From Defluviitaleaceae bacterium (GTDB taxonomy: Bacteria; Bacillota; Clostridia; Lachnospirales; WQUN01), in NCBI GenBank assembly GCA_009787785.1, contig WQSR01000009.1, positions 3,638 to 67,637 on the forward strand: a stretch of 64,000 nucleotides of DNA, read 5' to 3'. The notes beneath the pieces were generated by a model. It had not been told where the DNA came from. It made no database searches and worked only from the letters and a program-made list of their open reading frames with translations. The position numbers and the translations under genes were made by a program. Positions 52,521-61,899 of this stretch are shown in pieces (position 1 is the stretch's first letter; the number at the start of each line of letters is the position of its first letter).

Positions 52521-54761
52521 ATGATATCCACCAACATGCACGAACTCATGCAAGTTGTAGAAGGCAACCATGCCGACCCCCATCATATTTTGGGGATGCA
52601 TGAAGCAACCATTGGGAAGAAGACCCATACGCTGGTGCGGGTTTTCAACCCAGAGGCCAAGGAAGTCGCGGTCATTGGTAAGGACGGCACGCGTCACCCC
52701 ATGAAGCTGGAGCATCGGGCGGGCTTCTTTACGGCACAGTTGCCCAAGACGGCCCATTTTCATTACAAACTGGCGTACACCGGGCACGATGGGCAACAGT
52801 GGGAGGCGTGGGACCCGTATGCCTTCGCGCCGCTGGTTTCGGAATTTGACCTGCATCTTTTTGGGCAGGGCACCCATTACAAGATATATGAAAAGCTGGG
52901 GGCGCATCCCATGACGGTGGAGGGCATCGACGGGGTGCTTTTTGCTGTGTGGGCTCCCAACGCCAAGCGCATTAGCGTAGTGGGGGATTTTAACACCTGG
53001 AACGGTCTGCGGCATCCCATGCGTTCCATGGGGCCCTCCGGGGTGTGGGAGCTGTTTATCCCCGGCCTTGCGAACTATGACAAATATAAATTTGAGCTGA
53101 AGCTTCCCTCGGGGGATATTTTACTTAAATCCGACCCCTATGCCAGCTTCGCCGAGCTGCGCCCCGGAACCGCATCCATGGTCTACGATATCAACGGCTA
53201 TACCTGGGGCGACGGGGAATGGCTGAAAAACCGCACCCGCAAAAATCCTTTGGATGGGCCCATGAACGTATATGAATTTCACCCCGGAAGCTGGAAGCGG
53301 GTGGAGCACGACCATTATCGTTTCCTGTCCTGGCCGGAGCTGACGGCGGAGTTGATTCCCTATGTGCAGGATATGGGCTATACCCATGTGGAAATCATGG
53401 GGGTTTCGGAGTTCCCCTTCGACGGCTCCTGGGGGTATCAGGTGACGGGGTATTACGCGCCCACCAGCCGTTATGGAAATCCGCACCAATTCATGGCCTT
53501 TGTGGACGCTTGCCATCGCGCGGGCATCGGCGTAATCTTGGACTGGGTGCCCGCCCATTTCCCCAAGGACGCCCACGGACTGGCCTTGTTCGACGGTACG
53601 CGCCTGTACGAGCATGAGGACCCCCGCCAAGGGGAGCATCCCGACTGGGGGACGCTGATTTTCAACTACGGGCGCAACGAGGTGAAGAATTTTCTCATCG
53701 CCAACGCCTTGTACTGGGTGGAGAAATTTCACATTGACGGTCTGCGGGTGGACGCGGTGGCCTCCATGCTGTACCTCGACTACGGGAAGAATTATGGCCA
53801 ATGGGTGCCCAACCGCTATGGCGGCCGGGAAAATATCGACGCGGTAGAGTTTATGAAGCATATGAATTCCGTTTTGCTGGGGGCGCACCCCCATGTGCTG
53901 ATGATAGCCGAGGAATCCACCGCCTGGACCGGCGTGACCCGCCCCGCCGCCGAGGACGGCCTGGGCTTCTCCCTGAAATGGAATATGGGCTGGATGAACG
54001 ATTTCCTCACCTACATGACCAAGGACAGCATCTACCGCAAGCACCACCACCACAATCTGACCTTCGGCATGGTGTACGCCTATTCGGAGAAATACATTTT
54101 GGTGCTGTCCCATGACGAGGTGGTGCATGGCAAGGGCTCCATGGTCAACAAAATGCCCGGCGACCTCTGGCAGAAGATGGCCAACCTGCGCGCCGCTTAC
54201 GGCTTCATGATGGGGCATCCGGGGAAGAAGCTGTTATTCATGGGCGGGGAATTTGCCCAGTTTGATGAATGGGGCGAGAACCGCTCCCTCAATTGGTTCC
54301 TCCTGGACCAATACGAGCATCACCGCCAGATGCACCGCTTCGTGAAGGACTTGAATCATCTCTACCTCAAGGAGCGCGCCTGCTGGCAGAATGATTTCCA
54401 CGGCGGCGGCTTCCATTGGCTCAATTGCAATGACTATCAGCGGAGCCTGATTTCCTTTTATCGCGTGACGGAGAAGAAACGCCGCACCAAGGCCGAGCAG
54501 GAAGCCCTGGGGCCGGCCTACGAATATCTAATTTTTGTATGTAATTTCACCCCGGTGCCCCATGTGGATTACCGGGTGGGCTTGCCCGCGCCCGGCAAAT
54601 ACAAGGAAATCCTGAACAGCGATGACGTGAAGTATGGCGGCGGCGGGATTGTGAATCCGGGGCCGTTGATTTCCGACGAGTTCCTCTGCGACGGACGGCA
54701 ACATAGTCTGCACATGAAATTACCGCCACTGGCGGTGGTGGTGCTAAAGGGAGTGGTGTGA
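52521..54761 (+). CDS. glgB: 1,4-alpha-glucan branching enzyme
   Basis: 746 aa. GH13 motifs GVILDWVPAHF, GLRVDAVASM, IAEEST and SHDEVVHGK. Confidence 0.96.
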   Translation: MISTNMHELMQVVEGNHADPHHILGMHEATIGKKTHTLVRVFNPEAKEVAVIGKDGTRHPMKLEHRAGFFTAQLPKTAHFHYKLAYTGHDGQQWEAWDPYAFAPLVSEFDLHLFGQGTHYKIYEKLGAHPMTVEGIDGVLFAVWAPNAKRISVVGDFNTWNGLRHPMRSMGPSGVWELFIPGLANYDKYKFELKLPSGDILLKSDPYASFAELRPGTASMVYDINGYTWGDGEWLKNRTRKNPLDGPMNVYEFHPGSWKRVEHDHYRFLSWPELTAELIPYVQDMGYTHVEIMGVSEFPFDGSWGYQVTGYYAPTSRYGNPHQFMAFVDACHRAGIGVILDWVPAHFPKDAHGLALFDGTRLYEHEDPRQGEHPDWGTLIFNYGRNEVKNFLIANALYWVEKFHIDGLRVDAVASMLYLDYGKNYGQWVPNRYGGRENIDAVEFMKHMNSVLLGAHPHVLMIAEESTAWTGVTRPAAEDGLGFSLKWNMGWMNDFLTYMTKDSIYRKHHHHNLTFGMVYAYSEKYILVLSHDEVVHGKGSMVNKMPGDLWQKMANLRAAYGFMMGHPGKKLLFMGGEFAQFDEWGENRSLNWFLLDQYEHHRQMHRFVKDLNHLYLKERACWQNDFHGGGFHWLNCNDYQRSLISFYRVTEKKRRTKAEQEALGPAYEYLIFVCNFTPVPHVDYRVGLPAPGKYKEILNSDDVKYGGGGIVNPGPLISDEFLCDGRQHSLHMKLPPLAVVVLKGVV

Positions 54762-54994
54762 TGGAATTTTTGGTTGAATTTTCATGGTATGAGGACGAGC
54801 GGATTTGGCTTGCCACATCATCCAACGACAAATTCGCCATGACACTGGACCATGGCTCCTTTGACGCTTTGCTGGAAAGGGTAAAAATTGCCCTGTATGA
54901 TATAGCGGAAAATGACCTTGGATATCATGGTGAGGTTAAAATTAAATTAATGGTTGACCGCACTGTCAGTATGGATGTGCTGGCTACCGCGTAA
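54761..54994 (+). CDS. DUF1902-type (HicB-like) putative antitoxin
   Basis: 77 aa. The pattern WYEDERIWLATSSND...SFDALLERV matches DUF1902. TGATG overlap with the glgB stop and TAATG overlap with hicA. Confidence 0.65.
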   Translation: MEFLVEFSWYEDERIWLATSSNDKFAMTLDHGSFDALLERVKIALYDIAENDLGYHGEVKIKLMVDRTVSMDVLATA

Positions 54995-55188
54995 TGGCTG
55001 ATTATACGAAGCAGGTGCTGAGGTTATTGTCTGATAATGGGTGCTATTTTCTTCGGCGTGGCAAGGGCTCGCATAAAATGTGGTACAGTCCGATTACCAA
55101 TAGACCCTTTGCTGTTGTTGACAAAATTGAAAACAGGCACACAGCGAACGGTATTTTAAAAGATGCCGGAATTAAAAAGAAGGTGTAA
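54994..55188 (+). CDS. hicA: HicA-family toxin
   Basis: 64 aa. Motif RRGKGSHKMW, with a lysine-rich C-terminus. Confidence 0.8.
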   Translation: MADYTKQVLRLLSDNGCYFLRRGKGSHKMWYSPITNRPFAVVDKIENRHTANGILKDAGIKKKV

Positions 55189-55192
55189 CCTT

Positions 55193-56257
55193 TTATTTGT
55201 TAAGTAACACCGCCATCACGCGTTCAATCCCATTCGTATTTTCCTGGGCGGTCATGGCGTTAATATAGTCATGGCGGGATTTATAAAGCGCGTTGATTTC
55301 CGTCAGGAGTCTTTCCGGGGTCATATCTTCTTCGGGTAAAACCGCAGAAAATCCCCGTTTGGCGAAGGATGCCGCGTTATCAATTTGGTCGCCCCGGCTG
55401 GCTTCCCTTGAAAGGGGGATGAGCAGGTGGGGCTTCTTCATGGCCAACAGCTCGAAAAGGGTACCCGCGCCGGCGCGGGAGAGGACGATATCGGCGGCGG
55501 CGTAGAGGTCCGCCAGGCCCTCCTGCACGTATTCAAACTGGGCGTAGCCGAAAAAGGCGTCATGGGGCGTGCTCATCTGGTTTCCCATGCCGCATAGGTG
55601 AATCACGCGGTATTTTTTAAGGAGTGGGGGAAGGGTTCCCCGCAGGCAGGCGTTGATTGCCGCCGCGCCCTGGCTCCCGCCGGTGACGAGCAACACCGGC
55701 CTGTCGGCATTGGGGAAGCCGCACAAGGCAAGCCCCTTGGCGCGGGTGCCCGTTAAGAGCTCCCCACGAATGGGAATCCCCGTAAGCACCCCCTTTTTTT
55801 CGGGTATACGCGTCAAAGTTTCCGGGAAGGCGGTGCAGATTTTTTTCGCGAAGGGGGCGGCGAGGCGGTTGGCCAGCCCGGGGGTGAGGTCCGACTCGTG
55901 GATTACGCAGGGTATACCCAGTATTTTTGCCGCCAATACTACGGGTACGGTGACAAAGCCGCCCTTTGAAAACAGCAAATCCGGCTTTAAGCGGCGCAGG
56001 ATGCGAAGGGAGCCGCCCAGTCCCCGCGCCACGCGGAACAAGTCGGTAAGGTTGCGCACATCCAGATACCGGCGAAGCTTCCCCGAGTAAATGGGATGAT
56101 ATGTAAGCCCTGCCTTTTGCACCAGTTCCCGCTCCATGCCGCTGTGGCTCCCGATATAGTGTACCTCGAACCCCGCTTCCTTGAGCGCGGGGAGCAAAGC
56201 GAGGTGGGGTGTGACATGGCCCGCCGTTCCGCCGCCGGTAAGAATTATTTTTTTCAC
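55193..56257 (-). CDS. murG: UDP-N-acetylglucosamine--N-acetylmuramyl-(pentapeptide)-pyrophosphoryl-undecaprenol GlcNAc transferase
   Basis: GTG start at 56255-56257, 8 nt after GGAGG. Motifs TGGGTAGHVTP and GGSQGA. Confidence 0.93.
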   Translation of the reverse strand: MKKIILTGGGTAGHVTPHLALLPALKEAGFEVHYIGSHSGMERELVQKAGLTYHPIYSGKLRRYLDVRNLTDLFRVARGLGGSLRILRRLKPDLLFSKGGFVTVPVVLAAKILGIPCVIHESDLTPGLANRLAAPFAKKICTAFPETLTRIPEKKGVLTGIPIRGELLTGTRAKGLALCGFPNADRPVLLVTGGSQGAAAINACLRGTLPPLLKKYRVIHLCGMGNQMSTPHDAFFGYAQFEYVQEGLADLYAAADIVLSRAGAGTLFELLAMKKPHLLIPLSREASRGDQIDNAASFAKRGFSAVLPEEDMTPERLLTEINALYKSRHDYINAMTAQENTNGIERVMAVLLNK

Positions 56258-56337
56258 GTATAGTGCCTCCACCTTTTAAAATCTGTTATAATTATACCTA
56301 TTCTACAGTATAACGAAACGTTCCGGGAGCGATTTAG

Positions 56338-57447
56338 ATGAAAATTGCGTACATTAGCGGGAATTTGCCCCATTTCGATAAAGGGCTGGCGAAGTTGCTG
56401 GCGTATACCAAGGATGTGTTCGCCGAGCTGGGCGTGGAAATGTCTGAGCTGAATCTTGGCGTGGTGCATCCGCCCTATTTTGACGGAGTGCGGAACGCCC
56501 ACCTGGACGGGCAAATGGCATCCATAAAGGAAGCGGACGGCATCATCCTTGCCTGTTCGGCTTCCTTTTTCGCGCCGTCGGCAATTTTGCAGACATTTTT
56601 GGAATACTTTGAGTTGCCCGAATACGCACGACTGCTCCAAGCCAAGCACTGCGCGCTGATTGTTGTCTCAGATGAAGGGGGCGAGCGGGGGGCATTGCAA
56701 TACCTTTCCCGGGTGGTACAGCACATGGGCGGGTATGATACCACGCAAATCGGATTGCAAGCGTCCCACATGGAGGCTTTGGAGGAAAGCGATTATATCC
56801 GGGATTTTATCGACAAGGAACTGGAGGTCTTTTATCGCGCCGTCCACCAAAACCGGAAGAAAATCATTCCCCAAGACTATGTCCAGGGGGTTGCGGGAGC
56901 GGTTCCATCCGGCGGCGGCAAGGCCAGTGGCAAATCCACGCACACACACAAGCGGCTGGACGCCTTCACCGAGCAACAGGAGCGCGATATCGAGGAGCTT
57001 TCCCGCCTGTTCGCGGAGAAATACACCGAGCCGGGGGAAGAGGGCGAAGATGATTTCATCAACGAAGACGACGATTTAATCCTGGCACCCATCACACCCC
57101 TTGTGGCCGCGCCCGCCCGTAAGAAAACGGCGCGCCAGCTTACCCAAAACCTGCCCCATTATTTCCAGCCCCAACTGTCGGCGGGAACCCAGGCTGTCAT
57201 CCAAATCAGCATTAACGGAACGGAAACCTTCGAAGGATATTTGACCATCCAAAGCAAGGAATGCACCTACACCGACGGCATTGCCGAAGCCCCGGATGTC
57301 ACCGTTATCGCGGATGCCGCCCTGTGGCTGGACGTGCTCAACGCCAAGTTTACCGCACAAAAGGCGTTTATGATTGGCGGGCTGAAGGTACGTGGGGCGT
57401 TGGCGTTGTTTACCAAATTTGATACTTTGTTCAAGCTGGCGGCATGA
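56338..57447 (+). CDS. Flavodoxin-like (NADPH-dependent FMN reductase-type) domain fused to a C-terminal SCP2 sterol-carrier-like domain
   Basis: 369 aa. The N-terminal 170 aa or so are flavodoxin-like, followed by an acidic linker. The C-terminus KFTAQKAFMIGGLKVRGALALFTKFDTLF is SCP2-like. Confidence 0.6.
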   Translation: MKIAYISGNLPHFDKGLAKLLAYTKDVFAELGVEMSELNLGVVHPPYFDGVRNAHLDGQMASIKEADGIILACSASFFAPSAILQTFLEYFELPEYARLLQAKHCALIVVSDEGGERGALQYLSRVVQHMGGYDTTQIGLQASHMEALEESDYIRDFIDKELEVFYRAVHQNRKKIIPQDYVQGVAGAVPSGGGKASGKSTHTHKRLDAFTEQQERDIEELSRLFAEKYTEPGEEGEDDFINEDDDLILAPITPLVAAPARKKTARQLTQNLPHYFQPQLSAGTQAVIQISINGTETFEGYLTIQSKECTYTDGIAEAPDVTVIADAALWLDVLNAKFTAQKAFMIGGLKVRGALALFTKFDTLFKLAA

Positions 57448-57474
57448 CCGCGCTGTGGCGGCCCGTTCCCGTTT

Positions 57475-57590
57475 TATAGCAAATTAATTCGAAATCGGTC
57501 TCGCCTATCGCGGCAAAATCGCCCGAAACTGCACGTTTTGCAGTTTCGGGTGCCGCTCTGCCGGGACCGTTTCTCATTGAATTTGCTATA
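57475..57590. repeat. 116-nt imperfect palindrome (long hairpin) between convergent genes
   Basis: Outer arms are TATAGCAAATT...AATTTGCTATA. Inner helices are GAAA(T)CGGTC/GACCGTTTC and GCGGCA/TGCCGC. The core is a perfect 12-bp stem, CCCGAAACTGCA-CGTTT-TGCAGTTTCGGG (57522-57550). No T-run follows. Confidence 0.7.
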
Positions 57591-57629
57591 TTCGGCTATA
57601 AATATGTATAATCCACGATTCAAGCTAAC

Positions 57630-58088
57630 TTACTGAAATAAGCCAAACTCGATTTTCAATAGCTCCGACAGCCGTTGCAACATACATTTTATGTCCACCA
57701 TCTGAAAATGCTGAACCGCGTCGTCGCTGTGGGCGACAAAGCGCAGTTTGGCGTTTTTTTTGTACAGGGACAACGCCTCGTCCACCTGCTTTACCGACTG
57801 AAAATCCACCGTATCGTTGGGCATGGTGGTCAGCACGGTGAGGTAGGGGTTTACGATGGTCTGCTTCGGGGCAGGGGAGCGAAGGTTCCTGCCGGGGGCT
57901 TGCACCACGGGCAGATTTATCCCCACCAGGGGATTGCTAATCAGCGCGGCCCCTTTGCGGATATTCACCCGGGCGGCTACCAGCACTTCCATAGCCGGCG
58001 CGTTCACCCATTTTACGGTGCAGTTGAGCTCCGGCTTTTGCTTGAAAAACTCCGCCACCGCATTATTGTTAGTAAATACCGTATACAT
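57630..58088 (-). CDS. GrdX-like protein (hypothetical)
   Basis: 152 aa. N-terminal FTNN... and R..I.KGA.LISNPL.G resemble the small GrdX family. The assignment is tentative. Confidence 0.45.
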   Translation of the reverse strand: MYTVFTNNNAVAEFFKQKPELNCTVKWVNAPAMEVLVAARVNIRKGAALISNPLVGINLPVVQAPGRNLRSPAPKQTIVNPYLTVLTTMPNDTVDFQSVKQVDEALSLYKKNAKLRFVAHSDDAVQHFQMVDIKCMLQRLSELLKIEFGLFQ

Positions 58089-58091
58089 GGG

Positions 58092-58352
58092 CTACGCGGG
58101 CTCGGATGACGTGCCCAAAAGCTGTTCCAGCACGGGCAGGGCCGATTGCTCGTCCTCCCCGTCGGCAATGATTCTCACGGTTTGGCCGCTTTTTAAATCC
58201 AGCGAAATGATGCCCATGATGCTTTTGGCATTGGCTGTTTTGTCTTCGTGCATGAGGGAAATTCGGCTGTTGAACCGGCTGGCCGTCTGCACAAGCACAG
58301 CCGCTTCCCCCGATTCAAACAGCGAATGCACCCGGATTGAACGCTCAATCAT
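58092..58352 (-). CDS. crh: HPr-like phosphocarrier protein of the Crh type (Ser46 present, no His15)
   Basis: 86 aa. Contains LVQTASRF and the KSIMGIISL motif (Ser46). The position of the GIHARPA His-15 loop reads LFESGEAA. Confidence 0.8.
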   Translation of the reverse strand: MIERSIRVHSLFESGEAAVLVQTASRFNSRISLMHEDKTANAKSIMGIISLDLKSGQTVRIIADGEDEQSALPVLEQLLGTSSEPA

Positions 58353-58364
58353 TTTGGTTTGCTC

Positions 58365-58994
58365 CTATTCTCTTGCAAGCTCTGTTGCAATGATGTGTAT
58401 TTTACGTAACCGGTGGTTGACGCCGGATTTGCCAATGGGCGGCTCCAGCATCGCACCGATTTCTTCCAGGCTGGCGTTTTCGTGGGTCAAGCGCAATTGT
58501 GCCACTTCCTCCAGGGATTTGTCCAGATACCCCGGCCCCGTGTTTTCCAGGATGAACCTTATGGTTTCAATTTGACCCAGCGCGGCGGCAACGGTCTTAT
58601 TCAAATTGGCGGTTTCGCAATTCACCTTGCGGTTCAAATGATTGCGCAATTCCTTTTCCACACGGATGCTTTCAAACCGGAGCAAAGACTTATGCGCCGT
58701 CATGATGTTGAGTATATCCGCGATTTCCCCCGCTTCCTTTACATACACCGATTCCAAGCCCCGCCGCATGGTTTGCTTAGGATTCAACCCAAATCCGCGT
58801 AGTATGCGTACCAATTTTTCTGCTACAAAGAACTCCAGGGAAAATTCCAAATGGTACGAGCGGTTGGGGTCGGAAACCGTTCCCCCTGAAAGGAAGCACC
58901 GCTGTACAAAGGCGCGGTTTTCTTCGTCATCCGCCGGAAGCCCCCTTATTTCTGCCTTCACCGCCGCAGAAAATGAGTCTTTTTTATTTCTCAT
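58365..58994 (-). CDS. whiA: Sporulation/cell-division regulator WhiA, unusually short form
   Basis: ATG at 58992-58994. The product MRNKKDSFSAAVKAEI... has the LAGLIDADG-like segment (FLSGGTVSDPNRSYHLEF) and the C-terminal HTH (KSGVNHRLRKI). It is 209 aa, against roughly 310 as usual. Confidence 0.8.
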   Translation of the reverse strand: MRNKKDSFSAAVKAEIRGLPADDEENRAFVQRCFLSGGTVSDPNRSYHLEFSLEFFVAEKLVRILRGFGLNPKQTMRRGLESVYVKEAGEIADILNIMTAHKSLLRFESIRVEKELRNHLNRKVNCETANLNKTVAAALGQIETIRFILENTGPGYLDKSLEEVAQLRLTHENASLEEIGAMLEPPIGKSGVNHRLRKIHIIATELARE

Positions 58995-59871
58995 ACCTTC
59001 CCCCGGAGTGCCGTGCAGGGTCCTTGTCAATATCACGGTGGCTCAACACCACGGAATGGCCATGCTTCAGCGCGGTGAATAGCTCATTTGCCAACGCCAC
59101 CGAGCGGTGACGCCCGCCCGTACAGCCGATGCTTACAATCAGCTGGTTTTTCCCCTCGCTTATGTAGTGGGGAATCAACGAGCGTAGCATAGCAAGCAAA
59201 CTCTCCGAGAAGCGGACGCTTACGGAATGATTCATCACATAATCGCGCACATCCCGGTCCAGCCCCGTAAGGGCCCGCAGTTCGGGATTATAAAAGGGAT
59301 TGGGCAAAAACCGCACATCGAATACCAAGTCTGACTCATCGGGAATGCCAAACTTGTACCCAAAACTTACTACGTTAATCATCATGCTGTCAAATTCCGC
59401 GTTCTCCACGAAGATGTGCAGGATTTTTTCCTTTAGCTGGCGCGGGAGGATAAAACTCGTGTCGATTACATAGGTGGCGCGGGGTTTTACGTCCTCCAGC
59501 AGAACCCGCTCCTTGGCAATCCCGACGCTGACCAGGTCATTCTTCGCCAGTGGGTGCACATGCCGGGTTTCCTTGTAGCGGTTGAGCAGTACGTCGTTGC
59601 TGGCGTCGAGGAACAAAATCGAATAGGCAACGCCCTGGGTTTCGAGCTCCTCCAAGCCCTGGGACAAATCGTCGAACATCTTCCCGCCGCGGATATCAAT
59701 GCCCAAAGCTACCTGGGTAATACCCGTATCCCGCTCTACGCACAGCTTGGCGAAACTCCCGATGAACGTAGGCGGCAGATTGTCCACGCAATGCCATCCC
59801 GCGTCCTCGAAAATTTTAAGCACCGTGGTCTTGCCCGCGCCGGACATACCCGTGACAACAACTATCCGCAT
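58984..59871 (-). CDS. rapZ: RNase adapter protein RapZ (YvcJ, P-loop)
   Basis: 295 aa. Motifs VVTGMSGAGKT and GCTGGRHRSV. Confidence 0.93.
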   Translation of the reverse strand: MRIVVVTGMSGAGKTTVLKIFEDAGWHCVDNLPPTFIGSFAKLCVERDTGITQVALGIDIRGGKMFDDLSQGLEELETQGVAYSILFLDASNDVLLNRYKETRHVHPLAKNDLVSVGIAKERVLLEDVKPRATYVIDTSFILPRQLKEKILHIFVENAEFDSMMINVVSFGYKFGIPDESDLVFDVRFLPNPFYNPELRALTGLDRDVRDYVMNHSVSVRFSESLLAMLRSLIPHYISEGKNQLIVSIGCTGGRHRSVALANELFTALKHGHSVVLSHRDIDKDPARHSGGRYEK

Positions 59872-59996
59872 AATCTACTGCCCCTCCCTCCGCCACATCC
59901 ACGCTTCATTGCGGGCGCATTCTTCGCTCCGCTCGAATTTGCCTCGCATTCAGCGATGCTCGCCCTCCCTCCGTCTGCCCCTGGCAGCGGTCGGGC

Positions 59997-60920
59997 TCAC
60001 ATCCAAGGATATTTTTGGCCCAATATTTTTACTTCCGGCTCTAGCCACACGCCCGCATTCGAATACACATCCTTGCGCACGATTTCCATAAGCCCGCACA
60101 CGTCCTGTGCCGTCGCGCCGCCCTTGTTAATAATAAAGCCCGCGTGCTTTTCGCTTACCTGGGCCGCGCCCACGGTGCGCCCCATCAGCCCCGCCTCGCG
60201 AATCAGCTTCCCCGCGAAATGTCCCTTGGGCCGCTTGAAGGTACTGCCCGCGCTGGGCTCAAAGGGCTGTTTTTCCCGGCGTTCGGCGTTTAGTTTGTTT
60301 ATCGTGGCGCGGATTTCCCCGGGGTCGCCGGGCAACAGACGAAAAATGGCTTCTATTATACAGCCGCCCTCGTTTTGCACGCGGCTGGTGCGATACCCAA
60401 AGGCCATTTCCTTGCCGGGTATTTTTATGATTTTGCCGGTTTTCAATAGGGTTACGGCAGTGCACACCTCTTCGATATCATGCCCATATGCCCCGGCGTT
60501 CATATATACCGCGCCGCCTACAGAGCCGGGTATGGATTGGGCAAATTCCAGCCCCTGCAACCCCGATTCGCAAGCCGCGTCGGCCAGCTTGGAAAGCCGC
60601 ACCCCGGCGGCGGCGGTGATATAGCCGATTTCCCCCGGCTTCGCGTCAATTTGCAGGGTATCCAGCCCTGTGGTTAGCATAACCACCCCATGGATGCCCT
60701 CGTCAGCCACCAGCACATTGCTACCCTCACCCAGCAAGGTCAGCGGCCAGTTGTGGGTGTGGCACAGCGCGGAAATCTCTTGCAATTGCGCCACGGTTGA
60801 CGGCTTAGCCAGTACCTCTGCCGGGCCGCCGATGTTAAAGCTCGTATATTTTGCCATGGGTTCGTTTGTTAGCAATGCCCCGGCGGGCAGTATCTTTCGC
60901 AACGCTTTAATAAACGTCAT
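59997..60920 (-). CDS. murB: UDP-N-acetylenolpyruvoylglucosamine reductase
   Basis: 307 aa. FAD-binding motifs TSFNIGGPA and LGEGSNVL, plus the C-terminal GSTFKRP. Confidence 0.94.
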   Translation of the reverse strand: MTFIKALRKILPAGALLTNEPMAKYTSFNIGGPAEVLAKPSTVAQLQEISALCHTHNWPLTLLGEGSNVLVADEGIHGVVMLTTGLDTLQIDAKPGEIGYITAAAGVRLSKLADAACESGLQGLEFAQSIPGSVGGAVYMNAGAYGHDIEEVCTAVTLLKTGKIIKIPGKEMAFGYRTSRVQNEGGCIIEAIFRLLPGDPGEIRATINKLNAERREKQPFEPSAGSTFKRPKGHFAGKLIREAGLMGRTVGAAQVSEKHAGFIINKGGATAQDVCGLMEIVRKDVYSNAGVWLEPEVKILGQKYPWM

Positions 60921-61899
60921 GAATCCTCATCACTCCACTCGAATTTTTCAATACACGCTCGGTCAAAGCTTCTGCGGCATTGTAGCCAAGCTTTTTTTGT
61001 CGATGGTTTATGGCGGCGGATTCACACAAAATAGAAAGGCTCCGCCCCGGGCGTATAGGAATTGAGTGGCTGCACACTTTGTTACCCAATACATCTGTAT
61101 ATTCCTCCACCTGGCCCAGCCGGTCGTACACACGGGTGGGGTCCCACAGCTCAAGGTTGATAATCAGCTCGATGGACTGGGTGGGCTTAATGGATTGCAC
61201 GCCGAACATCTGCATGATGTCAATGATGCCGATGCCGCGTAGCTCCAGAAAATAGCGGATATTCGCCGGGCAGGAGCCGATGAGGGTTTCAGAAGACACG
61301 CGGCGCACCTCCACGGCGTCGTCGGCTATGAAACGATGCCCGCGCTTGATAAGCTCCAGGGAGGTTTCCGATTTACCCACGCCGCTTTCGCCCACAATCA
61401 GCGTACCCACACCGTAGATATCCAGCAAGCAACCGTGCATGGTGATGCGTGGCGCGAGCTGTACCTTCATCCAGCGTATAATTTCGCTGATAAAATCGGT
61501 GGTGGACCAGGGGGTGGAGAAAATGGGCACGTCATACCGCTCGGCATAATCCAGCATTTCCGGGAAGAGGCCCAGTTTCCGGCACATGACTATGGCCGGG
61601 ATACGATGCTGGAAGATGCGGCGCAGGTTTTCGTTGCGGAAATTTTCCTCCAGCTTGGTGAGGTAGGTATGCTCCACCATGCCGATAACTTGCAGGCGCG
61701 TCGGGTCAAAATAATCGAAAAAACCCGCCAACTGCAGGGCAGGGCGGTTAATATTGGCGCGGGTTAATACTTTTTTTTCAATGTCTACGGCAGGGGTGAG
61801 CAAGTCGAGGTTGAACTCGTTCATAAGAAGGTCGAGGGGAACGGTATAACCCGTACTGGGCGTATTGAGCACGCCGCTTGCGGCTAACCCCGCGCTCAT
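60907..61899 (-). CDS. hprK: HPr kinase/phosphorylase
   Basis: 330 aa. Walker A is GESGVGKSE, followed by the signature LELRGIGIIDI. The start overlaps the upstream stop as ATGA. Confidence 0.94.
   Translation of the reverse strand: MSAGLAASGVLNTPSTGYTVPLDLLMNEFNLDLLTPAVDIEKKVLTRANINRPALQLAGFFDYFDPTRLQVIGMVEHTYLTKLEENFRNENLRRIFQHRIPAIVMCRKLGLFPEMLDYAERYDVPIFSTPWSTTDFISEIIRWMKVQLAPRITMHGCLLDIYGVGTLIVGESGVGKSETSLELIKRGHRFIADDAVEVRRVSSETLIGSCPANIRYFLELRGIGIIDIMQMFGVQSIKPTQSIELIINLELWDPTRVYDRLGQVEEYTDVLGNKVCSHSIPIRPGRSLSILCESAAINHRQKKLGYNAAEALTERVLKNSSGVMRIHDVY

Noticed and set aside
59872-59996. 24-codon upstream ORF (MRGKFERSEECARNEAWMWRREGQ) ending 3 nt before the rapZ start, plus a duplicated CGGAGGGAGGG motif 80 nt apart
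   Set aside because: The first GGAGG copy is 13 nt from the sORF ATG, which is poor spacing. No conservation or coding evidence is available from sequence alone. The second copy is simply the rapZ RBS.
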